From contig NW_024704743.1 of NCBI RefSeq assembly GCF_018977255.1, positions 10,604,001 to 10,668,000 on the forward strand: a stretch of 64,000 bases of DNA. Direction: 5' to 3'. The stretch comes from Callorhinchus milii. Its lineage: Eukaryota. A program made the translations under genes and the position numbers. Positions within the stretch are counted from its first letter, which is position 1, and each line of letters opens with the position of its first letter. Below the pieces are notes generated by a model. The model had not been told where the DNA came from, did not search any database, and saw only the letters and a list, made by a program, of their open reading frames with translations. Below are positions 20,303-34,099 of the stretch, one piece after another.

Positions 20303-20998
20303 TCCTTTCTACCCAACATCCGTGCCATGACTCGCTCTGCCTTCCCGCACCTCCGCAACATTGCCCGGCTCCGCCATTGTCTCACACCACAGGCCACCAA
20401 AACCCTCATGCATGCCTTCATAACATCCAGGCTTGACTATGCATACTCCCTGCTTGTTGGCCTCCCCAACTCCTCCCTCCATAGGTTGCAGATCATCCAG
20501 AACTCTGCAGCCCGTGTTCTCTCCTGCACTAGGCTCCATGACCCTATCACCCCGATCCTCGCCCGACTCCACTGGCTTCCCATCACACAGAAAAATCAGT
20601 TTAAGATCCTGGTTGTCATCTTCAATGTCCTCCATGGCCTTGCTCCCACCTACCACTATGACCTCCTAACACCCTACCAACCCGCCCGCTCCTACCGCTC
20701 AGGGGGCCTGCTTCACGTCTCCCGCCTTGCCCACCCCACCAATGGCAGGTGGGCCTTCAGCCACTCTGCCCCCACCCTCTGGAACTCCATCCCTTAGTCC
20801 ATCCGCCTCACCCTTGCCTCCTTCAAGACCCATCTCATGACCCTCCCCTTTGACCATGCTTTCAATCACCCTCCTTCCCCCCCCTGTCCTCCACCCTCCC
20901 CAATCCGAACCCCAAGCTCGGGTCCGAAACACTGACTGTCCAGGGCCTTGGGACATCCTCCCCACGTGAAAGGCGCTACACAAATTTTGTTGCTGTTG
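20303..20998 (+). mobile_element. L2 LINE 3' fragment
   Basis: ORF 20327-20797 ([10 protein letters not shown]…LHWLPI…LWNSIP); stem-loop tail. Confidence 0.9.
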
Positions 20999-21559
20999 TA
21001 ATGTATGAGAGTTTACGAAACCACGGTTCAGGGATGTGAAGTACAATTTTACAACAGCCAGGAAGTATTTTCTTTACCAACCTAATAGTTAAAAGTTTGG
21101 AACAGATTATTATTATCTTTATAATCTGACTGTGTTTACGGTCACCTCCTCTCCCTCCCCGGCTCTGTGTCAGGATCCGCCATTCTTAAGTGTTCCGAGA
21201 TGCTGCCTTGCTTGAAGGGCGCTATATAAATGCAAGTTGTTGTTTTTGGTATAACACTTTTTATGTCGGGAGGATGTCCCAAAGCACTTCAAAGGATGTA
21301 CAGTGAAGTGAGTGTGTTTTGCACCTAAAGGCAGCAGCGAATTGCATACAGTACTGTCCCAGAAGGCAATTGTATTTGGAGGATTTTATTTGTTGTTCCC
21401 AGTTCATCCAGCCATGTAGCAAGAAAAAATAATAAAGCCTAGAGTAGTACAGGTCTCCCGTGGCCCTGCCGATGGGAAGATAAGGTTGTCTCAGACTTCT
21501 TTACTATTTTGACTATTGGCAATAGTTCATTAAGTGCCACTTGACTCCTAAGTGCAAGT

Positions 21560-21865
21560 GGAGTCCTGTAGCTCAGTGGTTAGATATCTCGCCTGGCAAG
21601 CAGGAGACCTGGGTTCATTTCCCAGCAAGGCGAAATCTTGGGCAAGTTTCCTTACTCCACACGCCTGATAATTTTCCCGCAAGAAAAAAAATAATTTGGT
21701 CATTCAATCCACGATTGTTTGTGGGACACTGATGTGGGCAACTAGCTGCTGCGTTTCGCCCACAATTATACAGTCAATTCACTTTACAATATATTCTATG
21801 AAGCTCTTTGAGATATCTAGAAGATGTGAAAAACGTTATATGAAATGCAAGGATTATTATTTATT
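21560..21865 (+). mobile_element. SINE family A, full length (short variant)
   Basis: GGAGTCCTGTAGCTCAGTGGTTAG head, CTTGGGCAAGTTTCCTTACTCCACACGCCTG|ATAAT junction, AAATGCAAGG(ATT)n tail. Confidence 0.88.
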
Positions 21866-21900
21866 AACACAGAGTCTCTATTTTTCTCTAAATTGAAGCA

Positions 21901-21974
21901 ACAACAACAACAAGAACAACAACAAGATTCCATTTATAGAGCGCCTTTCACGTCGGGAGGACGTCCCAAGGCGC
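21901..21974 (-). mobile_element. L2 tail-only insertion with TSD
   Basis: (CAA)n plus stem-loop, flanked by TGAAGCA at 21894-21900 and 21975-21981. Confidence 0.75.
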
Positions 21975-22189
21975 TGAAGCAGCAGTATGAGAACCCTGGC
22001 AGAGACACAGTATTTAGATAAATGGACTGGGTGTGTAAATGAATTTGGGAGTTAACCAGTGACAACCTGATCCCAAAAAGAAGTGTTTATAATGCCTCCA
22101 ATAATAATAATAATAATAATCCTTGCATTTGATATAGCGCTTTTCACATCTTCTCGACATCCCAAAGCGCTTCACAGAATATGATTCAG

Positions 22190-22838
22190 CAACAACAACA
22201 AAAAGAAGATTACATTTGTATAGCTCCTTTCACGTCGGGAGGACGTCCCAAGGTCCTGGACAGTGTACAGCATTTCAGACCCGAGCTGGGGTCAGTGGGG
22301 GAGAAGGGAGGGGAGGGGAAGGGGGCTGGTTGATGGCATAGTCGAAGAGGAAGGTCTTGAGGAGGGTCTTGAAGGAGGCTAAGGAGGGGGCGAGGCAGAG
22401 TGATTGAGGATGGAATTCCAGAGGGTGGGGGCAGTGTGGCTGAAGGCTCTCCCGCCAATAGTGGGGCGTTTGGGTTGGGGGACATGGAGCAGACCGGAAC
22501 CGGCTGTGTGGAGGGAGCGAGCGGGTTGTTAGGGGGTTAGGAGGTTGCGGAGGTAGGGTGGGGTGAGGCCAAGGAGGGCTTTGTAGGAGAGGACCAGGAT
22601 CTTGAACTGGATTCTCTGAAGAATAGGGAGCCAAGGGAGTCGGGGGAGATCGGATCACTGAGTTTGGTGCGGGAGAGGACACGGGCTGCAGAGTTCTGGA
22701 TTATCTGCAGCCTGTGGAGGGAGGAGTTGGGAAGGCCGACAAGCAGGGCATTTGCATAGTTGAGCCTGGAGGTGATGAAGGCATGAACAAGAGTTTCAGC
22801 GGCCTGAGGGTTGAGGTAGTGGCGGAATTGGGCGATGC
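22190..22838 (-). mobile_element. L2 LINE 3' fragment
   Basis: Reverse complement of the ORF2 C-terminus and stem-loop tail. Confidence 0.88.
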
Positions 22839-23261
22839 TACGGATTCACTCTTTCCATTATGTGTATTCACAGGTTTGTTCCTTCTCCTGAGATAAAGAT
22901 TTGTCCCATTGACTTAAGTAACAATGTATATTTATGTAGAGCCCTTCACAACAGGAATCTCATTCAGAATTTCAAAATACTTCAGACAGCTGATTGTAAG
23001 CACTTTGTAAAACCCAGCCATTTGTACACCAGGAGCCATAAATCCTATGTAAATCTAAATAGCTGTTGGAACATTTTAATTATCTTGTTCTTGTTTCATT
23101 CTGAGTTTTGCCACCTCATTAATAGTAAATAATTTTAGACTCACTAACCAAGATGTTTACTGCTTTGGCGCTTAGATTAGTTGTGAAGTAGATATATAAA
23201 TAAAAGGGTATGTTGACCTTTTTTGTAACCTTGCTCGTTCCCACAAAGATCTGATCAATTT

Positions 23262-24256
23262 ATAATAATAGTAGTAATAATCTTTGCATTTGATATAATA
23301 ATAATAAAAATAATAATAATAATCATCCTTGCATTTGATATAGCGCTTTTCACGTCTTCTAGACATCTCAAAGCACTTCACAGAATATATTGTAAAGTGA
23401 ATTGACTGTATATTTGTGGGCGAAACGCAGCAGCCAGTTGCACACAGCAGTGCCCCACAAACAGTCGTGGATTGAGTGACCAAATTGTTTTGCTTTTTTC
23501 TTGAGGGATCATTATCAGGCGTGTAGAGTAAGGAAATTTGCACAAGGTTTCACCATGCTGGGAATCGAACCCAGGTCTCTTGCTTGCAAGACTCGTCATT
23601 ACCTCACCCTTCAGGCCACTGAAACTCTTGTTTATGCCTTCATCACCTCCAGGCTCAACTATGCAAAAGCCCTGCTTGTTGGCCTTCCCAACTGCTCCCT
23701 CCACAGGTTGCAGATAATCCAGAACTCTGCAGCCCGTGTCCTCTCCCGCACCAAACTCCGTGACCCCATCTCCCCCATTCTCGCCTGACTCCACTGGCTC
23801 CCTATCCTTCAGAGGATCCAGTTCAAGATCCTGGTCCTCACCTATAAAGCCCTCCATGGCCTCACCTCTTCCTACCTCTGCGACCTCCTAACCCCCTACC
23901 AACCTGCCCGTTCCCACCGCTCAGCCGGCTCCGGCCTGCTCCACGTCCCTCGACCCACCATTGGTGGGAGAGCCTTCAGCCACTCTGCCCCCAATCTCTG
24001 GAATTCCATGCCCCAATCACTCCACCTCACCCCCTCCTTAGCCTCCTTCAAGTCCCACCTCAAGACCCTCCTCTTCGACCATGCCATCGGCTCCCCTCCT
24101 TCCGCTCCTCTCCCTTACCCCCCCAACCCCAGCTCGGATCTGAAACGCTGTACTCTGTCCAGCGCCTTGGGACATCCTCCCGACGTGAAAGGCGCTATAC
24201 AAATGTAATCTTGTTGTTGTTGTTGTAGTGCTCTAATCGCTGAGCTACAGGACTCC
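23262..24256 (-). mobile_element. SINE family A (short variant), split by an L2 inserted in its tRNA head; tail duplicated
   Basis: Body and T-loop (GGGAATCGAACCC) at 23262-23592. The rest of the head, AGTGCTCTAATCGCTGAGCTACAGGACTCC, is at 24227-24256. Confidence 0.85.
23593..24226 (+). mobile_element. L2 LINE 3' fragment nested in a SINE
   Basis: RHYLT…[15 protein letters not shown]; (TTG)n tail. Confidence 0.9.
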
Positions 24257-24419
24257 ATGTTGAGCTTTATTGCGCCTCTGGTCTCCCCCCCACCTCTCTG
24301 CCTTCCCTCACCCCTACACCACCCCTCCCCCATGCTCGGGCCTCAACACCTGACTCTTCAGCGCTTTGGGACGTCTCCCGACATGAAAGGCGCTCCATAA
24401 ATGTAATTTTGTTATTGTT

Positions 24420-24735
24420 ATCATATCGTTGAGGCATCTCAACGGGCCTTACAGAATATATTGTAAAGTGAATTGACTGTATATTTTGTAGGCAAAATGC
24501 GGGCACACAGTAATGTCCCACAAACAGTTATGGATTGAGTGACCAATTTATAATTTTTTTTTGAAGGATTATAACTGGGTTTCTACTTAATTTTAGGTAA
24601 ACAAATGCATGTGGAGTAAGGAAACTTGCCTAAGGTTTCGCCCTTAGGAACCGGGACCCCAAACCTGCCCGGGACTCAAACACAGGTCCTCTCACTTGTG
24701 AGGCGAATGCTCTAACCAAAACGCTACAGAACTCC
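24420..24735 (-). mobile_element. SINE family A; tail interrupted by a plus-strand L2 3' end (~24275-24420)
   Basis: Head …GCTACAGAACTCC, GGAGTAAGGAAACTTGCC, Deu-like segment. Confidence 0.75.
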
Positions 24736-25109
24736 ATTTTCTTTAGATATAATAGTTCGCCTTTGAATTCAGTGTTTCCACGAAGAAGGATACAATTCAA
24801 GAAAAGGGATTATGAGCTTGAGTTCACTCTCCATGCTGCTTGACTCCCAATACTAGCTCGGGGCTTTGAGACATCCCCCAATGTGAAAGGCGAAATGTAA
24901 ACGTAAATTGTATTACAAATTATAATGCATTGAAGGAGTGATCAAGGCACAATTGAACAGGAATAAATTGAGATCCTATACATTGTAACAAGGTTTAGAT
25001 AACAAATCATAAAAGTTGCATTTATTTAGCATCTTTCATGTGCAAATAAATGTCTTGAAGCACTTTGCAAAATATGATCGATTAGATATAAAGCAAACAT
25101 CCACTTCAA

Positions 25110-25352
25110 CGACAACAACAACAACAAGAGTCCATTTATAGAGCGCCTTTCATGTCGGGAGGATGTCCCAAAGCCCTGGACAGTTGGGTCAGGACCCGAG
25201 CAGGGGGGAAATGGTCAGGGTGAGGGGAGGGAAGGGAGGGAGCGAGGAGGGGGTAGAAAGTTGAGAGGGGAGCTGAAGGCACGGTCAAAGAGAAAGGTCT
25301 TGAGACCGGCCTTGAAGGAGGAAAGCGAGGAAGCAAGGCGAAGGCACTGGGT
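25110..25352 (-). mobile_element. Young L2 3' end
   Basis: Near-identical to 7451-7690, including the (CAA)n tail. Confidence 0.9.
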
Positions 25353-25364
25353 GATATATAACCT

Positions 25365-25660
25365 TTACATTTGATGTAGCACCTTTCACATTAGAACAAT
25401 GTCTCAAAGTACTTCACAGGATAATACTATAAATTGTAGTGACTGTATATTTTGTAGGTAAAGATGGTAACCAATTTGCACACAACAATGTCCTACAAAC
25501 AACCATGATTGAATGACCAATTTTATCTTGGGGATTATTGGTGCCATGGGGTCATTAACGTCGCTGTGAAATCAGGCAAAACTTTGGTTTAATGTCTCAT
25601 CTGAAGGCGGCACCTCCATCAACACTTTTCCCAACACTGCAGTGGAGTGTCAGCCTACAC
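25365..25660 (-). mobile_element. SINE family B, decayed
   Basis: GGTTTAATGTCTCATCTGAAGG…ACTGCAGTGGAGTGTCAGCCTA plus Deu-like core and tail. Confidence 0.7.
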
Positions 25661-28274
25661 AAGCAAACAATCAAAAATGTATTGGAAACTATTGGGATGA
25701 CATAAAAAAGATGGCAAGGGCAATTTAGTGAATAGCTCTCTAAATTAGCTCCTTTTATATAATACCCCAAACTCAACTATGTAAATTCAATAATGCTACT
25801 GTAATGTTAGCTCACTGCTCCAAAATGCTATTCTGCATGAAGACTGCTATATAAATACAAATTGTTGTTGTTTTAGCATGTACTTGAGCCAAAGACAAGG
25901 CTGGGTGCAGAATCGATTGGGATGTTTTTAAAGCAAGACAAGCAAGACTTACTTAAGATATGGAGAAATGGGATCTACTATGATCTAAGAGGAAATGATG
26001 TAACAGTCTGGACAGCCCAAGATCAACTTCTGCTTCTCTCTTCTTGAAGCACAACTGATTGGAACATCCTCTTGATGTGAAAGGCACTATACAAACATAT
26101 TTTTGTATTGTATTGTATCCTGCCCACTTCCCCTTTCCAGCTCTTAATACTGTTGTGCCTTAATTTGTTTCATGAAGCTTCCTCTAAGGATTTTTTTTCT
26201 AATGGCATTTTATTTTTTCTTTGAAATACTGAGGTTGAGTTTGTAGTGTTTCTCAATGAGACTCCTTAGTAAGGAATCTGAGTCGCATAAACTACTCGTG
26301 TGTTCAGGGTGGGGGTGGTTTCTCCATCCAGTAGCCAAAAGAATGTCATATTGACCCACAGAAACTTTGCTCTGACATGACCTATCTCTGGAGCAGAATT
26401 CCCTCAGGAATTCGAACAGGATTCCTTGTTTAGGAATCCCTTTAAGCAAAAATTTTACAAGTTCACCTATAAAATACACAGACCAAACATACACTACAAA
26501 TAAATCCTGTGTGGCACTTTGAGATGTTTTCCAGATGTGAAAAGCGCTATATAAAATGAATGAATTAATATTATTATCATCTACAAAACACACAGTAAAC
26601 TGTGTGAGATGCTTTGATATGTTCTCTTGACGTGAAAGGCACTTTATCAAACCCAAAGGCTTATTAATGTTAAGTTAGACCTCACTGCTTCATTCACTGA
26701 GTACACTGGGTATGTCTGGGTCAATGAGTGTTAATAGGGTAATAACGAAGATTCCAGTCTGTTTAAGCTGGTGCTCAGCTGATGTAATGAGTTGCAGCTT
26801 TCTGTTTCTTCCAGCGTAAAACCTGCTAGATTATTCATTAATATTGTAAATGGGTTTGTTCCCATAACAATAAACATAAAATCCCTTTTTGTGTTACATT
26901 TTAACATATCTTTGGCTACCCACATATCGCAGACCATTAATGATACTAAACTCACGACCTCAGCCAATCTGATTACCTCGCTTGAATAATCCATCCACTA
27001 ATGGATTTTATAAGCAGACTATCTAATAAGATAATGATTTTGCTCAGCATATAAAATGCTAATAAATTAGCTTGAATTTCTTTCTAACTGAAAGTCAGGC
27101 TTTTATATTTGAATAATGAGTGGGCTGCTGCTGGTTCCTTGAAGCAACTGAAGGGAACGTTATGAAGTACTTTGAGATGTTTCAACAACGTGCTGAGGCG
27201 TTGTATCAAATGCAAGGATTATTACGAATCCTGACATCTATCATTCAGTTCTCTTTCTGAACCTGCTGTTTAATGCTTAACTGATAGAAAGAAGTCTTGA
27301 TACTTAATATAATAGAATAATAGAATTGCATTTGATTCTTATCACATGGTTGAGACACCTCAAAGTGCTTCACAGAATATAGTGAATTGACTGTATATTT
27401 TACGGGGGAGACGCAGCAGCCAATTGCATACAGCACTGTCCCACATGCAGACTGAGTGACTCAATTGTTATTATTGTTTATTACTTATTGCTTATGATTC
27501 TTATTATTTGAGAAACAGATTTTTTTTATTGAGAAACAACTCTACGTTTCTCTAACCTCTAAATGCCCTCTAACCTCTGGAACTCCCTCCCTCCACTACT
27601 TCATCTGCCCCCCACCCTTTCCCCGCCTTTCTGCCCTTCAGGACCATCTCAAATCTTACCTCTTTAAACATGCCTCTGGACACATACCACAGCCGCACTT
27701 TGCCCCACTCACTTGCGGATCCAAACCCGCCCTGTGAAGCTCTCTCTCCAAGCTGTTACGCTAGGTGAAGGCGCTTCATATTGTTGTTGTGTTTTAACTT
27801 CTAAATGCAGATGGCACATAAAGAAATGCAATTCAATTTTTAAAAAGCATTTCTTTCAACCAAATCATCAATATCAGAAGAGCTAAAAACTGGTGCAAAT
27901 ATGCAAACAGGAAACAGATGTTTTTTGATTATATAAGTGTCAATGCAGGGCTGCACTGGGTGTAGGTATCATTGAGGAGCAGCTATTGCTCAATTAAAGT
28001 TAAGACATGAACAATTATTGTAATGTGATGATCAACTAAATGGGGTAATGTTGCCTTTTGCAGGAGCTTTGAGTCTTTCAGGACTTAATCGGCTCAAAAC
28101 GCACTAGCAGAGGCCTATCTCCCCGTAAGGAAGCATATTCCTTAACAAGTGTCACAACATGAATGGCAGTAAATGACTTAGGTGATATACTCACCTTTGA
28201 AGAAACTGAATCTGCTCTCACTTTAATATCTAACATTAAGATATTAATAACTAACATTATATAATAATAGTATT

Positions 28275-28602
28275 CCTTACATTTGGTACATTGTTTTACA
28301 TTTTTTCACATTCTTTCACATTGCAAAGTGCTCAAGGCGCTTCACAGATTCAGTGTAAAGTGGTGTTTTGTTTATTAATCTTGCAGCCAATTTGCTCACA
28401 GAAATGCCCAGAAACAGCCATGAAGTGAATGACCAATTTTTTTTATTTGCAGGATTGTTGGCCAGGACACTGGGAGAAACTCACTCCCCAGCATTGCAAT
28501 GGAGTGTCATCTTAGACTACATGGGTTCCACGTTCAGATGTGGGGCTTGATCCCACAATCTTCTAACTCAAGGCAAGAGTGCTAACAATCAACCCAGGCT
28601 GA
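28275..28602 (-). mobile_element. SINE family B
   Basis: Head …CCCACAATCTTCTAACTCAAGGCAAGAGTGCTAAC…GGCTGA; Deu-like core. Confidence 0.7.
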
Positions 28603-28774
28603 AAAACTGTCAATATTAGATACATATTATGCATTAATATTAGCTACTTTGATAACATTAGATATTATTAACAAACATTCAAAAAATCACTTTACAGTAT
28701 ATTCTGTGAAGCGCTTTGAGATGTCTAGAAGACATGATAAAACGCTGTTCAAATGCAAGGATTATTATTATTAT

Positions 28775-29151
28775 TAATAATAATAATCTCTGAATTTTGA
28801 TATAGCACCTTATCACGTTTTCAAGACGTTTCAAAGCGCTTCACAAAATATACTGGAAAGTGAATTGACTGTATATTTTGTGGGCGAAATCCTACAGCCA
28901 ATTGCGCACAGCAGTGTCCCACAAACAGTCATGGATTGAAGTGACCAATTTATTATTATTATTTTTAAACGGAATTATTACCCCCAGTAAAGCAATCTGC
29001 CAATCATTAAAAAAACAGGTTCCTGCTTACTGCTAGGTAAACAGAAGCATGTGGAGTAAGGAAACTTGCCCAACATTTCGCCCAGCCAGCAATTAAACCC
29101 AGTTCTATCACTTGCGAGGCAAATGCTCTAACCACTGAGCTACAGGACTCC
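28775..29151 (-). mobile_element. SINE family A, full length (long variant), tail-to-tail with a plus-strand SINE tail at 28687-28775
   Basis: Head …CACTGAGCTACAGGACTCC; the two tails share one (ATT)n/(TAA)n tract. Confidence 0.85.
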
Positions 29152-29990
29152 ATAGGACTATAGTTATTATTACTATATTATTATTATTAACAACAACAAC
29201 TTACATTTGTAGAGTGCCCTTCACCCTGGGCAGTGTCTTGGAGTGCTTTAACATTAGATATCCACAAGTATTCCACCTGTTCTATAAATGTTATCAGTCT
29301 TCGTTTTGTCAACCGCTGCAGTTGGTCCAATTCAAGACATTGTTCAGACTTACAGGCCATTCACAATCAATGGATTTATGGTTGGGCTTACTAGACATAA
29401 ATGGAACATATGAAGTGAAGCACTTTGTGGTGCTTCCCGAGTAGCTGAATAAATATTCTCCATCTCTTGTAGAGCCAGTGTCAGGATCTGCACAATATAT
29501 TTACCATTTAATATTTGATCTGATCTCTTGTAAAGGAATACAGAGGTCTCTGAAGTAACATCTGCCCATTCATTTCAAGTCAAGTTAGAAAAGTTACCAT
29601 TGCCAAGTAGTTCAACAATGGGTCAGGTTTTTGGGATCAACTGAGATTTTAATCCACATGGCTATAATCAGGAAGGTTTTGTTAACTATCAAAAGTTAAC
29701 TTCAGCAGAGATCCCAAGAGTGTGAGGAGGCAACAGAGTGTGGAGAAACAGAGTGAGAATTCTGTTTGGGAATTAGGTGAGAGTGGGAATTCGGTGAAGA
29801 GGGGGAATTCGGTGGAGGTGAGAACTTGTAAAGGAGAAACAAACCCCCCAAGAGTCTGCACAAAAAGGTCACATTCCTATGGCGGTAATTGTTGAGTAGG
29901 CATTTAGGATATAAGGAGTGTGAGCAAGGGAATAAAAGATGTGAAATTACTTGTTTTTACCTATTTATCCCAAAACTGTTGAGACAAAAC

Positions 29991-31025
29991 ATGTCTGAAA
30001 ACCTGGCAGGGCAGCTGAGACCCATTACATGCACAATGTGTGCCAAGTGGGAACTCCAGGATGGTTCATGTGTTCTGGACAAACACATGTGTAGGAAGTG
30101 CCTCTGGCTGCTTAAGTTTTAACTCAGGGTCACTGAGCTTGAGGAGAGGCTACAGTCACTACATAGGATACGAGAGGCTGAAGAATTTATGGATCGAACT
30201 GTTCAGGAGGTGGTCACCCCACAGCCACAGAGAGTTCAGGAGGTGGTCATCCCACAGCCACAGAGAGTTCAGGAGGTGGTCATCCCACAGCCACAGAGAG
30301 TTCAGGAGGTGGTCAACCTAGCTACACATAGGGCTCAGAAGAAGGGTGAGTGGGTGACCATCCAACATGGAGCAAAAAAAGAACAGGCAGCACAGAAATC
30401 CCCTAAGAGTGTAGCACTCACAAACCGGTTCTCGGTACTGGATACCGGTGAGGACGCCTCTGGCGAGAAGAGTCAAAAGGTAATGGATGTTCAGGGAGAT
30501 AAGGAGAAAAATCCCAATGCTGTTGTCATTGGGGATACAACAGTAAAAGGGATAGACAGGCCTTTATGCCATAAAAGACGGGACTTGCGCCTGGTATGCT
30601 TCCTCCCTGGGGCTAGGGCGCGTGACGTCACGGAACGGGTGCAAAATATACTACAAGGGGAAGGAGAAAATCCGGAAGTTGTCATCCATGTCGGGATCCA
30701 TGATGTAGGTGATAAAAGGGCTGAGACCCAACAGGGAGAATATCGGAAGCTTGGGAAGAAGCTAAAGAGCAGGATCTCAATGGTGGTGATCTCAGGATTA
30801 CTCCCAATGCCTTATGCAAGTGAATACCAAACTGGGAGGATCCAACACACGAATGCCTGACTGGAGAAATGGAGCATGAAGGATGTCTTCAGGTTTCTAA
30901 ACCACTGGGATCACTTCTGAGGCATATGGGACCTATACACAACGGATGGGTTACACCTGAGCAGGGCTGGGACCAACGTCATTGCAACAAAGATAACAAA
31001 TACTGTGGGGAGGCATTTAACCTGA
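29991..31025 (+). pseudogene. CR1 ORF1 (zinc-finger/coiled-coil plus SGNH esterase-like domain), with in-frame stops
   Basis: One frame reads CTMC…CRKC, LRVTELEERLQSL, VVIGDT, LPGARA, VIHVGIHD, DGLHL. Stops at 30120, 30858 and ~30918. Confidence 0.85.
30201..30315 (+). repeat. 33-bp in-frame tandem repeat (3.5 units) inside CR1 ORF1
   Basis: GTTCAGGAGGTGGTCA(C/T)CCCACAGCCACAGAGA x3 plus a partial unit, encoding VQEVV(T/I)PQPQR. Confidence 0.95.
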
Positions 31026-31179
31026 TTTCGAGGGGGGATGGAGATCAGAATGTAGCATCAGGGAGGGGAAACAAGTTACATAATGGACGAGGAGAGACAA
31101 ATAGAAATGAAACAAGGAATAGTCCAGCAAAAAGTGGAAAGAGATGTGGGAGAAATATAGAGCGGATCAAGCTGGTATT

Positions 31180-33900
31180 GGAGTGCATGTGTGTAAATGC
31201 ACGGAGCGTGACCAATAAGCTTGGTGAGCGGCGGCTCAAGTTGCCACATGATATAATGGTAAATACGGAGACTTGGCTCAAGCAAGGACCGGAATGGGAG
31301 CTAAATATTCCTGGCTACAACCTATTCAGGAGGGATAGGGAAAGGAAAAAAGGAGGAGGGGTGGCAACAGGCATTAGAGACAAAATCACGGTCTTGAAAA
31401 AGGACGATGTGTTAGAGGGTCCAAAAACTGAATCTATTTGGTAAGAGTTACAGAGCAGAAAAGGAGCTGTTACTCTGTTAGGTATTTACTATAGACTTCC
31501 AAATAGTGGGAAGGAAATAGATGAGCAAATCTGCAAGCAGATTTTGGAGAGATGCAAAACCAATAGAGTAGTGATAATGGGGGACTTCCATTATCCTAAC
31601 AATACACTGGGAAACACACAGTGTAAAGGACAAGGAAGGGGAGGAATTCCTGAAATGTGCAGGAGAACTTTCTGGATCAGTATGTTTCCAGCCCAACGAG
31701 GAAGGAAGCAGTGCTGGATTTAGTTCTGGGAAATGAAGTGGGGCAAGTGGAGCAGGTTTCAGTAGGAGAGCATCTGGATAACAGTGATCACAATGTCATT
31801 AGGTTTAGAATAGTTATGGTAAAGGACAACAATCAATCAAAGGTAACACTTCCTCAACTGGAAGAGGGCTAATTTCAGTGAGCTAAAAAGGGATCTGGCC
31901 AAGATAGATTGCAAAGAAAAGATTGGCAGGTAAGACAGCAAACAAACAATGGGAAGCCTTCAAGGAGGAGATAGTTCGGAGGCAGAGCAAATACATTCCC
32001 AAAAAGGGGAAAGGATGACTAAGGAAATTGGGATTAAAATTAAACAGAAAAAGGACACTTATGGCAAATGTCCGGACCAAAACACAAAGGATAATCAAAT
32101 AGAATATAGGAAGTACAGAGGAGAAGTGAAAAGGAAAATAAAAAGGGCGAAGAGATTGTACGAGAAAAGATTAGCAGGAAACATAAAAGGGAACCTAAGG
32201 TATTTTATAAGCATATCAAGAGTAAAAGGTTAGTCAAAGGTAGGGTGGGTCCAATTAGGGACCCAAGTGGAAATCTTCTTGTTGAGGCAGAAGGCATGGT
32301 TGATGTACTAAATAAGTACTTTGCAACTGTCTAAACAAAAGAAGACGATGCAACCAATGCCACAATATCGCAGGGGTGTGAACAGAAATTGGATATGATA
32401 AAAATCAACAGAGAGGAGGTACTAAAAAGGCTGTCAGTGCTCAACATAGATAAGTCACCTGGTCTGGACGGGATGCATCCTGGGTTACTGAGGGAAGCAA
32501 GCGTGGAAATAGCGGAGGCTCTGGCCACAATCTTTCAATCCTCTTTGGACACTGGAGAGGTGCCAGAGGACTGGAAGGTTGCAAATGTTACTCCCCTGTA
32601 CAAAAAGGGGCAGAAGGATAAACCTGAGAACTACAGGCCAATCAGCCTAACATCAAGTAGGGAAACTTTCGGAGACTATAATCCGGGGCAATATAGATTC
32701 TCACTGAGAAAAATATGGTTTAATAAAGAACAGTCAACACGGATTTGTTAAAGGCAGATTGTGTCTGACAAACCTAATTGAATTTTTGGATGAAGTGCAG
32801 TAGATGTAGTTTATCTAGATTTGCAAAAAGCATTTAACAAAGTGCCACATAAGAGACTTATAAACAAAATAGAAGCCCAAGGTATTAAAGGGACTGTGGC
32901 AACATGGATCCAGAACTGGCTAGGAGACAGAAAGCAGAGAGTGGTAGTAAACGGTTGCTTTTTTGACTGGAGGGCAGTGTGTAGTGTTGTCCATCAGGGG
33001 TCAGTATTGGGACCACTGCTCTTTCTGATCTATATGAATGATCTGGACCTGGATATAGGGAGCACAATTTCCAAATTTGCAGACAATACTAAGCTAGGAA
33101 AAGTAGTTAATGGTGAAGAGGATAGAACCAGACTCCAAGAGGACTTAGACAGATTGGTACAATGGGCGGAAAAGTGGCAGATGAGATTTAATGTGGAGAA
33201 ATACGGTGTTGCATTTCGGTAGGAAGAATGAGGAGAGGCTGTATATAAGCTAGATGGTACAATCTTAAAGGGGGCAAATGAACAGAGAGACCTGGGTGTC
33301 CTGAAGGTGGCAAGACAGGTAGATAAAGCTGTTAAAAAAGCATACGGGATACTAGGTTTTATAAATAGGGGCATAGAATTCAAAAGTCAGGAGGTTATTT
33401 TGAATATTTCTGAAATGCTGGTTAGACCTCAGTTAGAGTATTGCGTTCAGTTCTGGGCATCAAACTTTAGGAAAGCTGTTAGGGCATTGGAGAGGGTGCA
33501 AAGAAGGTTTACCAGGATGGTACCAGGAATGATGGACCTTAGTTATGAGGAGAGGTTAGCAAAACTAGGATTATTCTCCCTAGTGCAGAGAAGATTAAGA
33601 GGGGATTTAATAGAGGTTTTCAAGATCATGAGAGGATTTGATAGGTTCAACCGGGAAAAAACTGTTACCACTGGCATGTGGGTCAGTAACTTCATGACAC
33701 CGATTTAAGATAGTTGGTAAAAGAAACGGAGGCGAAGTTAGGAAAAAAAATTTCACCCAGCGAATTGTTCAGATCTGGAATGCATTACCTGAAAGGGTAG
33801 TGGAAGCCGATTCAATAACAACTTTTAAGAGAGAAGTAAATGGGTATTTGGGGAGGACACGTTTGCAGGGCTATGGAGAGAAAGTGGGCCACTGGGATTG
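31180..33900 (+). pseudogene. CR1 ORF2 (endonuclease + RT), multiply disrupted
   Basis: [75 protein letters not shown] across several frames. Confidence 0.88.
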
Positions 33901-34099
33901 AGTTGGATTACTCTTTTAGTAGTTGGCGCAGACACGATGGGCCGAATGGCCTCTTTCTCTGCTGTATGATTCTATGAAAAGGGTTATTAGATAAAGCACC
34001 TCATTAGTGAAGTGAACTCATCTCCTGTTGCTTAAGCACTCAATACCCAACCATGTAGAAACTCCTGAAAGAAATTGCATTGGAATGGTTTTTACGATT

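Larger units (their letters stand above)
29710..33976 (+). mobile_element. CR1 LINE, near full-length, decayed
   Basis: 5' UTR with GGGAATTCGGTG repeats, ORF1, ORF2, 3' end GGGCCGAATGGCCT…TATGATTCTATGA. Confidence 0.93.

Noticed and set aside
21560..21635. tRNA genes
   Set aside because: All tRNA-like sequences here are SINE heads that continue into SINE bodies, with degenerate stems.
28063..28125. Plus-strand small exon between TTTTGCAG and GTAAGG
   Set aside because: All three frames have stops from the best acceptor, and no partner exons were identified.
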